NCBI GenBank assembly: GCA_000708835.1 | Contig: DF237457.1 | Span: 2,678-66,677, forward strand | Length of the DNA stretch: 64,000 bases | Reading direction: 5' to 3' | DNA from: Klebsormidium nitens | Taxonomy: Eukaryota; Plantae; Klebsormidiophyceae | In this document: one piece after another, positions 24,793 through 36,705 of the stretch | How positions within the stretch are numbered: the stretch's first letter is position 1 | How the letters are laid out: every line of letters begins with the position of its first letter | The notes under the pieces: model-generated | The model's input: only the letters and a program-made list of their open reading frames with translations | What the model was told of the DNA's origin: nothing | The model's database searches: none | Program-made: the position numbers and the translations under genes

Positions 24793-25576
24793 TGGAGCTA
24801 TTGACAAGCTAAGAATTGGAGAGTGACGTAATTGAAGGTTGGGAACTGGAAGTCAAAGGTCAGCATCAAGGGATCCCTTCAGGTCAATAGGGGCCTGCAG
24901 ACGGTGAATTAGTGACGTCAGGACCGGCGACTTCATGGTTTTCACACTTCTGGTTTAAGCAGCCCCAAAAATCTGCAGCAGCGTCCCAGAAGAGCTCACC
25001 AATGCTGCGCGCACTGAAAAGGAGAATAACTCTATTTTGCTAGCAAATGCCAAATTGTATTGACCAAGGGCTGGCTAGCTGGAGGGAACCAAGCGCATGA
25101 GCACTGCCTCGTCAATGAGTGCAAGGCCACATTGCTTGAACTGCCTCCTGCTCTTCAATTGACATTCAAAGACCATGCGTCTTTTGCAATACAAATAACA
25201 GAAGGGTCAGATTCTTTGAAGCTCACCTTGACTTCACATTGCCCCTCAGCTCCTTCCGCCCACACAATTTTGATCCACCAGAACCAGGTAGGGAGTCCCT
25301 TTCCAATAAAAGTTAAAGATGGGAGCTTACGCAAGGACCTTGGTTGCAAGGGGCCAGAGGGCAAATGGACTTTGAGCCCAAGTTTCCCTTCGCCCTGCCT
25401 CCTTGGCGAGATACTTTGCCGAGCTGCTTTCAAGGCGACCCTGGCCCCATGGTCTTTGCATGGCAATTTGACAGCTAAATCATGGTCTCCGACGTTTAAG
25501 ACAAATTTGTCTGTTCATGCATGCTCGGATGCCCCAGTAGAGTCTGTAATTTCACTAGTTTCAACCGCAACGTAAG

Positions 25577-25870
25577 CATGACATCACCGGTACTCATGGT
25601 GTACGGTGCGGCGGTACGCTACCGTGTCAAAAATGGTCGGTACCGTGCAGGGTTCAACCGGGCACTAGATTGCGGGGAGACGGAGTGCTCAGGGGATGTT
25701 AGGGTTACTTGAGGGCAACCGACTGATCTTGGTGGGGTTAGATGGGGGGTTAGGGTGGGTACGGGCGGGCTATGGCGGAACGCCTTAGGGTGTCGGCAAA
25801 ACCCGGTTACTGCTCTCAGTTTGACCTTAGGGTTTTAGGTTTGGCAGGTCTTTAACTATGATGACGTCGC
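25577..25870 (-). repeat. Degenerate telomere-like tract related to the 17.1-kb element; includes a telo-box (AAACCCTA on the minus strand at 25828-25835)
   Basis: The reverse complement of 25735-25765 matches 17198-17228 at 27/31. Several TTAGGG-like units. The termini are only weakly inverted. Confidence 0.5.
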
Positions 25871-26316
25871 AGTTGAAACTAGTGAAGTTACATACCTACG
25901 TCCAATGCCCATAGCTTAGAGGCGCGCTGACGACGGTTCTATTGACGCTCAACACGCCTGGCCCAGCTAAGCCTATTTTGCCAGGAGCGGCAATGATAAC
26001 CGGCCTCCCTGCGTCCTTGCCACATTCTCGTATGTGAAGTAAATAGAACTATATATTGAATTGCAAAATCGAGTTTCAGATATATCATATGAGAAAACTT
26101 CAGAGAAGAGAGAAGCCCAGCAACAGCTGCAGCCTGCCAGCAAATGCGTGTATGCATTCATAAATTTAATGCAGATTTAATGCAATGCTGGCATGCATGC
26201 CCAAAACCATGGATCAGGACAACGCTGTGGGGTCTGCTGCTGTCGCCGGTCATCTTCGGAACATGTAGGGTATACACAAGGATCCATTGTCTTTAGAGCA
26301 ATGCCATGAAGCGGCA

Positions 26317-29300
26317 ATGAGCGTGGCCCCCAACCTTTGCGCCACCGAGCTGGGCATTATGGGCCAGCCTGCGCAGGTTTGCGCGGCTCCAAACTTCAAA
26401 CAAACTTTGGGTACAATGCTGTGCTGTCCGGGTTCTAGCAGATGCGAACTGGCCAACAGAGGAGAAGGTCTGCAGCTGCGGTGTGCATTGCTGCGAAAGG
26501 ATCTTCACAGCAGTATTGGGAATGCGAAGGCCCAAGCAACCGGGACATTGAATGTAGCTTGTGTCTGGCGTCTGTCAAAAGCTGTGAGCAAAAGCATGCC
26601 CACACGCCACGCCACCATCGCGCCCAGTCTCTCTGAAACAGCTGCAAACAGGCAACTACAAAGAAACAAAGTGTTCAACGGTGGTGCAGTTGTACTGGAA
26701 AAGGAGAGTGATGCGTTTGGGGTCAGCAGAAAGTGGGCGAGTCTGTTGGAAGCGGTGGAGGGGGGCACAGTCAAGAAGTTGGGGGAGCTGCAGGCATTGG
26801 ATGAGAACATGTGTATCCCCAACAACACCAGCTGGGACAAGGCAAGCACTGTTCTTCCCAAGGAACTACACCGCAGGGTTGCAGTATTTGCTCGGAATGC
26901 AGCATCTCAAATTGTTACGCACAAGCGTTTGAGAGTTGGGCAAACTTCGCTTTGAGCTACTTGATGTTTTGAGATCTTTGGACATCGAGAACAGCAAGGC
27001 CGTCTTGAAGCCCCAATCTTGTTGACTGCATCAAAAGCTGGTTGTAATCTGGGCATAACATGTTGGACTTGACGAATGTTCAGGTTTCCAACGGAAGAAG
27101 TTGTAAAGTGAGAGTGGTGGAGTCAGGGGACTCTTCTGCGTTTGAGCCTTTGCTGGACTTCTGTCATGAACGTGACCATTGCTGCCTCTCTTATTTCTTG
27201 ATAATCTGCGCCGTTTTGGGTGCTTGAAACGCAGTACCTTTCACGCTTCAGGTCGGGCAGGAGTGGGCGGATGCGATCAAAGCAACGCTTGGAGTATATC
27301 AGAGCTCGTTTGGCGACCGCTTGGTCTCTGTGTATGTCCGTGGGTCGGTGCCGAGGGGCCTCGCAGTGGCCGGAATATCGGACCTCGACATGCTTGGTGA
27401 GCTTGGTTTTGAGTCAAGCAGCAAGACTCTGGACTTTTCAGGTCCGACATGCATCTGATGAGATATAGAGGACTTCATGTCTACAGGCGAAGAAAGTCTC
27501 TGCTCTCGTCTTATCAAGATTGACCAGTGAGCACACTTTGGTATTGGAGAGCGATTGACCAACTTTCGAACCTTTTGAATGTGTTCGAAGGTCTGTCCTT
27601 GAAGGAGTGTGACCATGCAACGTTTTCCTCAGTGGCCCGTTCAAGAATGTCAAAGCTTTATACTCGATAAGATAAAAATCCCCCTCTGAATTCTTCGTTG
27701 CTCTCCATTGCAGCTTACGTCTTTCAAGACAATCTGAATTCCCTGCCTAGGCCTCATACCACTTCAGCCCCTGAAAACAAACGATGGCGGGAGCTAGAGC
27801 GCCACAAGTCAGAGGCAGTCCACCGGTTCCCGTTCCTGACAGGGATCGAGATGCGGGTGGCTGTGCTAGATCCTTCATCACAAGAGGGCCTCACAATAGC
27901 AAACGCTCTATACCGTCAAAAGCCCGAGTCCATCTTCCTCCAGAACCCCGAAAGACAAACTCATCAGCAACCCACGTTAAACGCGGTTTCCCCTTCAGAA
28001 CGAGCAGAGGAACTTTGTCCAAGTTATTCAGAAGCCCTACTGCCCCTCGACTTTCCCTTCGCTTTTCTGGTCAAAGCCCAGGGTCTCAAGGTGTGGGGTT
28101 TGGACGTCCAAAGCCTGCTTCCACCAGAGGCAGCGCGTCCGACGTCTCGGGCCCGTCCGACGCTCCGCGACTCGGTCAAACGGGCGATAAGCTATGGGCA
28201 ATCGCACGTGGAGGAAGGGGACTGGGAGGCGGCGGGGGCTGTGTATAAGTGGGCGCTTAAGAGGTGCATCCGGGCGGGCTTTGAGAGCACGATGGAAGAA
28301 CTCGGGTGGAGGGTAAGCCTGCTTCCTCAGTCTGCTTCCCAGCTTCTGATCTTGAGAACCTCTCGCCAGCTTACTTTCCCCACTTCTCATATGCTCCTTG
28401 TGTGATTTCTGTCTTGCTCGTTATACTGGTTGTGATGCTCAGTGCCTCCAGACCATGAGTCATTTATGACGTGAAATGTTAGACTTGCTTCTCTTTCGCT
28501 GCAGGTTTACACCCGCGACCTCTATTGGTGCTGCCACGTGGCAGCCCAGCACCGTCCCGCGCTCGAACCCGTTCTCGTCCAAGCCCTGTTGCTGTGTCTC
28601 GCTGACACCACATCGGTGGCGGGTTCGAGGAACACGGTAGAAAATTGCTTGCAGGTCCTAGGTAGCGCTTTTAGTCCGGCCATACCTACACGAACCGCTC
28701 AGAAAGGCATTGCGAATGTCAGTCATTTAGATAGAAGGCGCGCTTCGCCTAGCACAGCCACGTTTGTAAAGACCCCACCTCAAGTTCACGGCGTAGAACA
28801 ACAAAACACCACATCTCAGGCGGAGACGGCCGAGAATAGCAGGTGGCCAGAAGCAAAGTGGCGCCTCATTTTGGGCTTACTCGGAAGGAGAAGAGACCTC
28901 GAGACGGGTTGCGTGGCTGCGCCTCTGCCCGCTTTCAAGGGCGCCATTGTGCGGCCGGTTGCTGAGTTTGAGTGGCGGGATGAACGAGCCCGGGAGGCCG
29001 CAGTCAGGGAGCTGCAGCTGATCCTGAGCGGGTCGCGAGAGGCTCGGCCTGTGATTCTCCGTGGTGAGAATGCCTTTCTAACGCCGGTATAACAGTGGGT
29101 TAACATAGTTCGTTACTCTTTCTCGGCAGGATCATTTACCACGACGCATAGAAGTTTCCTTCTGTCCTCTACTCTAGCATTCGCGCCCGATTCGTCGTAT
29201 GTTAATGCACGTTTCGGTCCGTACTTGATTTGCAGCTTCCATTTCAGTCGACGATTCCTACTGACGGTCGTTCAAGACGTTTGCCCTCCGTCGTGTCTCT

Positions 29301-32300
29301 GTCACTTTCACCGAGGCTGCCAATTGTTCTGGGGCTTTTAAACTTGGAGCGGATTCCCCACCAGGAAGGTTTCGGTGGTCTGATCTGATTCCTCATCAAT
29401 GTCAAGGCTTGTTTGGAGATATTCAAGGAGCAAGCGAGCCTTTTGCTTGTGTGCAGGTGCCGGTGCTGGTCACCCTGCCGTCGGGAAGTGGACGCTCGAC
29501 TCCCTGGCGGCAGACGGCGGGCTCTCGGGACTTGTCCGGGTGTCTCCCGACTTCAACGTATGGCACGCCCTTCTTTGTTTCCACTTTCGACCCGCCAACT
29601 TTTTGTTTGCTTCAGCCGCTTCACACAGCTTTTACGTTAATGTTGAAGCGCTCTGAGCACGGCAATCGGTACGCAGATCGGTTGACGACTTACACTGTGC
29701 TCGCGCTGACGTGTCCCCGTTCTTTCAGCAGTGAGACAAGGCGTGGAACTGTATCTGACGCGCCGCTCTTTTTCGTGCAAAAGAGCGCTTTGCTAGTATC
29801 AGAGGGCGCTTGTCAGACTCTCCTTGGGTCCAAGCACCACTCTCTTTCCAATTGTTAAGCACAGAACTCAGCAGGACCCTACGCACAATCCTGGCTGTGC
29901 GCGGTCTAGTGAATGTGAGGAGAGTCAATTTGACCTTGCGCCAATCTCTCAACCGATTTCACAGCCTCTTTGTGGATCTGCCACACTTTGCACGCTGACG
30001 AAGAACCGTCGAACGTTCAAGCTGAACCAACGCGGACACTCATACGCCTACTTCTCCATTGCTCAGAGCTCTCGCCCTCGGTTCGCGTCTTCGTCTTGCT
30101 GCAAACGGCTGCTGTCTTATTAAGACTCTGGATCCTTACACGATGTCCCTTGTGCGCAGTTCGTGTACTGCGAGGAGAGCCATCCAGACGTCCGCAGCGG
30201 CCGCGTGTCCGCGCCTAGCCGCACCGTCCGCATGTCCGTGCACGAGTTTGCGGTGCGCAGCCAGGCGCGACTGCCGCCATGGGTAGGGCCGCTGCGTGGA
30301 GGAGACTACTTCTGGCGGGCGGAACGGTGAGGACTGCGGAGCAGACAAAGCTCTCAAGTGATCGAAGGGACAACTGTATCAGGTGCGAGGTTCGTTGGCT
30401 GGTTTTCTAAGGGTCATTGAGAACTCTCCCGCTCTTGAAAGGAGTCAGATTGATCGGTCCTCGAACGACCGTCTTGCTAACTTCCGGCATCGAAGGGCCT
30501 CCGACAAGAAGAGCGGCTCGCATTTGTTTTAGATTATCAGGACTGGAGAGTGGATCCAGAATATCTTTCTTGTTTTCTGCTAACGTCCTCGCTGCTTGTG
30601 TGCAGGTACTACCTGCAAGCGTCTCTGCCGCCCGCGCTGCTGCAGGACCTCCGAGCAGCCCTGCCGCCCTTCGTGGTAGCACGCGGGCAGGCGACTGTGA
30701 ACAGCGCACGCGTAGATCACAGCCTTACGCATGACTTCCACCCTAGAATTAGTCGTAGCACTGTCGAAACGCAGGGCGATAGCGAGAAGCGGCGGACCCT
30801 GCCGGCAAGCGTAGGACAGACTGAGAGTTCAGCGGCAGGGGACGACAGCAGAAACAGACGTCAGCACAGCGGTGATGACGTCAGCAATCAAATTGACACC
30901 GGGCGTAGCAGCACGCAGCGTGGACGAAGCGGATCAGAAGCGAGCGTTGTCGGTCCCAGCCCGACTTCTTCGAGTGACGTCAGCGGAGTCGCTCGAGGAG
31001 GCGTCAGCAAGCGACTCGTGGATGACGTCAGCGGGCGACGGGGGTGGGAGGTGTCGCAGGAGCCGCGGCTGTGGATGTCGCCACGTGGCGCCGTGTCGCC
31101 ACTCCACTTCGACGCGTCGCCGTCCTGCCTGCTGCAGGTGAGCGCGCGCAGACCCTCAGCCCGTCATAGACAATTACAAGGTTTTGCGAAAGCTTTATTT
31201 GTCTGCACGAATGCCGGCTTTGATTGATCCTTTTGCTTGGTAGTGGTGAGATGTTCTGCACGGGCCTTGGTAAGCGGCGCTGCAAATTCGGCATTTGTTC
31301 GATACCAGAAGCCGGCCAAAAGTGGTAGTGTGCTGAGTGCACATTCTTGTTCGGTGAAGGAACTTTAAAACGTTCTTGGCCTGCGCAAAGGCGTCTCTTC
31401 ACGACTTTTTCGACAAGTATGAGCTCAGCAACTAGCACCAGATCAACAAACATCAGGTGTCCGTCATTCCGACGTATGTCTTCCAGCCTCGTTGACTCCG
31501 TCCGTACGAAGCTCTCAGCCACCTTGTGGCAGCGCTTCTCAGCAATAGCAAGCTTTTGCCAAAAGTTCCGTGGTTCCAGTTGGAGGTTTGATCTTGGCTT
31601 AGTCTTGGCTTATTCTTGATTTAATCTCTGTCCCGGTAACCTAAACCGCAGGTGCGCGGCCGCAAGCGGATGCTGCTATACGACTCGCGCGACCTGCCGG
31701 CCCTGTACCCCTACCCAGACGACCACCCACTGAGGAGGCGGGCACAAGTAAGCCTTGCTTTTAATCAAGTAGTCCTTTTCTGGACCTCTGCGTTTCTAGG
31801 TTTGAGCGGATATGAAGACGTCCAAAATGTATCCAAACGGACTGAAGTGAATGAGAGGTCAATGTAAAGCTCATACGACAACGACAGGGCCAGGGTAACG
31901 CTGGTTTACAGAGGGTGTCTGGAATGATTTCTGAAGTCGCTCAAGGCTTCTTGCCCGGCTCGCCGTTAGATCCTGCTGCGTCCTCAAGCTGCAAAATCCT
32001 ACTTGATCGCGTGGAGGATTTGGGAGCGAGGGGTGCCTGCGTCGCATCAGCAAGACATTGACTGACCTTTGATGACCCATCTGTCCGGTGTCAAAACAAG
32101 TCAAGGAAAAGCTCCATCGTTCTGCATTCAGCGCAATGCTAAAACTGTGTGCCAGAGCCGGTTTCGAACTCTGAGCATGTAACGCAGGTCGACGCCCCGC
32201 GTGATTGGCCGCGCTCGAAGGAACGGCCCCGTAACAGTTTTCAGTACAGGGATCTTTGATCAACCAAGGGCGTGGACACCGTCAATGGAAGCAGCACTGG

Positions 32301-32855
32301 CACTGCTGATCGCCCCACTCTACGTGCAGGTCGACCCCACGGCTCCCGCCTTGTCTGCCTTCCCTGCGTTTGCGGAAGTTGCCGCGCTCGAAGCGGCACT
32401 TTGCCCGGGTGACGTCATCTTCTTCCCAGTAGGTCAATCTTTCTTGATGAAGATGTGCTGAGCATACCTAGCCTGTTGTTTGGAACACCTTTGTCATGCT
32501 TCGAGACGTAGTCGCTTCTCAAGTGTGTTGACAAGTGATCGAAATCTCAAGTACTCGTAAACAGGTTTTGCAACCCGTCCAGCGTCCACAATCTCTTCTT
32601 TTAGTCTACCACTTCGTCCCTTTCCTGCGTGGTCCTCTTCAAGAGCACGAGCGACAAATGTTGCGCCACCATGGGCCGGAGGGCAGACTTGACCATATTT
32701 AGGAAGAGAATGCGATTGTATCTTACGGGTTCCGTCTGAGGGCACAGGAGTGATAGAAGCGTTTTCCACCGGCGCTGCAGAGGCGGTGGGCGCACTACAC
32801 GGAGAGCCAAGACTTCTCTATGTCCGTGAGCTGCCGGTTCTTCGAGGCGCACTGA
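26317..32855 (+). CDS. Fusion protein: bacterial-type Pol-beta nucleotidyltransferase + helical domain + JmjC (cupin_8) 2-oxoglutarate/Fe(II) dioxygenase, ~965 aa
   Basis: Exons 26317-26841 (GC donor), 27252-27396, 27714-28312, 28505-29063, 29457-29557, 30160-30326, 30606-31137, 31652-31747, 32330-32428, 32781-32855 total 2898 nt with all phases consistent. NTase motif VYVRGSVPRGLAVAGISDLDML. JmjC motifs RPVILRG, KWTLDSL, LWMSPRGAVSPLHFD, QVRGRKR, PGDVIFFPRRWAHYTES. Confidence 0.82.
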
Positions 32856-33328
32856 ACGCCCGCGCTTGAATGCAAACGGCTGCATATACCGGGTCTCAAA
32901 GGAGGGACGGTGATTAGTTCAAGGTGGATATCAGTCTGAGTAGGACGGCCTCCCACACAGGTAGACACGCTCGATCATAAGTACGCCCAGCGGGACGTGC
33001 ATATGGGGGGCGGTGACGGTGACGCTTGAGTTCTTAGATGATACGGTCCGGGCATGCAGCAAAGGAGGGAGGATCTAGCGCAGTGGCATGACATAAGGCT
33101 AATAAGCGCAGCGAATCCATGAATCTGGTGAGGACGCTCAATTCCTATCAGGACCCCTGCTTTGCAACGTCTCTGGGTTCTGGCTTACTTCGCATCATGC
33201 ATGTCTAACCTACCGAATCTCGTTTTTACTGAGTCCTACTACCCTGAGCCGCGTTTATCTTTCTAGGTCAAAAGGTTGTAATTCTCAAACTCAGATCGAG
33301 TCTTATAATCGAGCAAGCGAAGTCTTCC

Positions 33329-35974
33329 TCAGAATGCCTTCCGCAGTTTGAAGGCAACTTGAGAACCTGCAAGCTGAAGTTCCACAGACTCAACGGAATG
33401 CAATATATGATACCGCGGCGCGCCTGGCGGGTATTGCATGCAATTCAAGTCGAGATTCGCCGTTCATTTGAGTATGTTATACTCGTAAGAACATGCCGGC
33501 CAGCTGCCAATGCGGCCATGATGAATGGATTGTCTGCAGACCTTGTTAAGTGATGCATAGACGGACTCGATCATGTGCTGGATCCAGCTTCCTTGTCAAT
33601 ACCCGCGAGTTCGCGAACGAAATTGCATGGATGTATAAGACATGCCAAGATCTAAGATATCTCAATCGTCAGCGCGGCTAGACCGGGCGCCCTTCGTAGC
33701 TGGTGCGCGGCCTACTGAACGTGATCATTATGCATGATCGCCGATCTTCAATTAAGTTACATGCTGATGATATACGGTTGACAGGCATTATGGATTTATG
33801 AAAAGCTTGTGGAAGGTGAGTCTTCAATGATAAGCCAAGGCTTTTGGTCAGTCATTGGGTCACATCAAAATGTCGTCGGAATTGTCAAAGAGCAACATGT
33901 ACCAGTACGCTGTACGCCCAATCATGATGATCCGCCGCAACGATGATCCACAACTACGATTAGGTGATTCCAAAACACACACACCCTGACAACGCGTGGC
34001 CACAGCCTTACCCCAAGCGCGAAGATCCCTTGACTATATAATATGCATTGCCTCTGTGTACACTCGGCCTCAAGACCAGCAAGGACTTCACACGTGTATC
34101 GCCATATGCGTCCTAACTACGCCCTCAAGTATTTGACTCTCTAATCCGATCGGCTACCTCGGCTGGCGAAAGGATCCCCCTCGGAGCTCTCTCACCTGGC
34201 AGCATGTCCTCGAAGGGGCCGGCTGCATACGCCTGCGAGCAGAACATGCAAGGTTTGGGGCAATCAGATAGCTTCGGAGGCCGTTCTACCCGGGACTCAG
34301 CTGCTCAAAAGCGGCGCAATGGGGCGCAAGTGAGCAAATCAGCGTCTGCCCTTGTCAACTTATACAGCAAACGCAGCCGGCGGTTAAAAGTACTGAGAGC
34401 GGCGCTGAGCTGGACAAGAGGGCGGGCAAGAGGCAGGCGGCCGTGCGCCTCGCTAGCCCCTAGCCAACGCGAGCAAGAAAGGGTGCCGCCCGACCATCGG
34501 GCCCCATTGTAGGGCTAGTATGCAGGGGGCGGAAGGTGTGCAGGCTCACCTTATAGAGATTGTTGGGAGTTTTCCGCAGCTTTTTGAGCATGTTGTTTTG
34601 GAAGGCAGTCTGGCGGTCCTTGTAAGCCTGCAGGTGAAGGAAACCGGTTTGCGAAACGTTATTCTTTCAAACAAGCAGCGAGCAGTCCGGGCTTGAAGTG
34701 AGGCTGCCACCTCAGCGATGAAAAGGTGGACATTGCTCTGGTGGGCTTGCTGGCATGCTCTACTCATTGAGTACCCCTGAACAGAATTGGATTTGACTTT
34801 GGAAGAAGCAACAAGATCAAAAGCATGACAAAAATGCAGCAATCGACCATCTCGGATGATAACGCGATTAACGATCTTCAGCAAGAAGAGCAAGGTTACG
34901 TAAACTTGAGGGGCCTGGGGGGCAATTCAATTCCTCGGCACATTCATCAGTTCTTCATTGCCAACCCTCCCGCCCCTCTTTGAGCAATGCATGCAGGTTG
35001 TCCCAACTCGGATGCTCAACTTTCCTCCAACACAGTTGAACAAACTTACACACATGAGGTGCCCAGGGCTCTCTCAGCGCATGCTCAGGTGCCTACGTAG
35101 ATCCTTTGAAACACTTTGCACCAACCCCAGCTGCCGTCCTGTTGGCAAATATTTTGCAAGTTAGGCGCCGCTCATCCACCCGCAATGTCGCTTGCACCAA
35201 ATCAAGGATGGCTCACCTGGCTCTCAGGCTGGCTGGCCCACGTTCTAGCTGTTATGACGAGCCTGTTGTTTCTGACCTTCTCCAGGTACTGGCGGTACCC
35301 CTCTGCCACCCCCCCCTCGTAGGTTGCCTGTCCAATGTCGTCCATCGGCATCTTGCCAGGGCTCTGCGCAAGGAGGTAGCGCAGCCAGGCGTGAATCTCA
35401 TCCTCTGGGGAAAGATTCTGCTCGGGTGTGGGGGGGTCACCGCCACCGCCTCCAGCTGCAGAGGTATCCTCAGGGTGCACCTTCCGCGACTGTAGGCAGC
35501 CAAGAGAGGAGAGTGAGCAGAGCGCAAAATGGAGTGGGCTCGCCTGTTACGTTCCCACCTGCATTTGTGTTTTTCAGCTAGGACAGAAAATCGTGGTACT
35601 TGTGCATGTGCAAGTTGAAGGGCTGCACTGTGCATATGATCCTCACAGATTATTTAGAACCTATACGAGGCGCCTACAAGAAACTGGATAGGCAGGCCAA
35701 GGTAATCTTAGTCTTTGCTGGCTTAGGTTGCTGCTGATAGGTGCCTTCCCTTATTGAGGAGCTTTGTGATCCCTGCCCACAGCTCGCAGTCCAAGATTCT
35801 CACGCGCTCTAAAAGCAGGCTTACTCTCTACCAATATGCTTGTGTGGCCCAGAAAGATGGGCTGTTCCCGTCCAGCCCTTACAAGTTACATGCTGCATGA
35901 AACTGGTGCAAATGTGGTCTATTAAGCCCAGACCTGGAAGTGAGAGCTTGTGAGCTTACCGGTAGCTCTGCCAT
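33329..35974 (-). CDS. Small hypothetical protein (~126 aa)
   Basis: Canonical exons 35974-35960, 35489-35277, 34627-34550, 34232-34196 and 33366-33329 splice in frame: MAELPSRKVHPEDT...EIHAWLRYLLAQSPGKMPMDDIGQATYEGGVAEGYRQYLEKAYKDRQTAFQNNMLKKLRKTPNNLYKAYAAGPFEDMLPGSQVAFKLRKAF. No family recognised. Confidence 0.55.
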
Positions 35975-36705
35975 AATGTTCCTGGTATCGTGTCGTGCAG
36001 CTGTGGGAGAGGTGTGGAAGCAAAGCTGAACGTGCTTTTGTTCAAAATCTTTATACCCTGCGCCTTCCGTCCTATTGATAGCGCTCTACCTCAGATGGAC
36101 CAAAGCGAGGGTGGAGTCAGCAAGTTCGTGCCTCCTGCCCGCCTCCTGCAAGAAAGTCAGCTAGGGAGAGCTTTGCAGCATCTGTTTTGCCCCTTGCCTT
36201 GTTGAGAAATCCTGTCAGAGAAGCTGTCACGTTGTTCCAATGCGCTATCTCCGTCTGCAATCCTGGACCTTGAATGGTTACGTGTGTGAAAAGGGCAGCC
36301 GGAGAGCGAGGGATCCCTGGTCGCGTCACTGCAGCATCATGGTACTGCGCGCGGCCGCCGGCCCTGCGAAGCCGACCATCGGATATGAACCATGGCCCTG
36401 GGCTCATCAATCTGGTGCAGACTTGCATTGGTTGCAAAGGATAGGAGGGAGGATTGAGAGCGGCGCTCTGGTGGCATCTTTTCATCTGCAGCACGAGGTG
36501 TTGAACTTGAAGTCCTGCTCTGTTGTACGCCTGTTATTGGAGCGTCGGCGTCAAGCCCATTGTCAAGCGTGTAGGATGGTTCGACCGGCGAAATAGTCTG
36601 ACAGCATTGACGTGCTGGATTGTTGAAGTTTTCTGCTTGTGCCCTATAGCTGCGGCTCTTCCAGCGGTGACTGCAGCCTTAAACTTTGAAAGGAAGCAGC
36701 ATAAG

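Noticed and set aside
25060-25575. 171-aa plus-strand ORF in the divergent promoter
   Set aside because: It starts at TTG, has no recognisable motif or supporting splice structure, and overlaps the likely 5' region of the HAD gene.
25785-25795. TTAGGGTGTCG match to the left end of the Tourist-like MITE
   Set aside because: Only 11 nt within a TTAGGG-rich tract, with no partner TIR.
27455-27461. Second CTGATGA (hammerhead or snoRNA box C candidate) in an intron
   Set aside because: No convincing stem II before GAAA, and no terminal stem with a box D.
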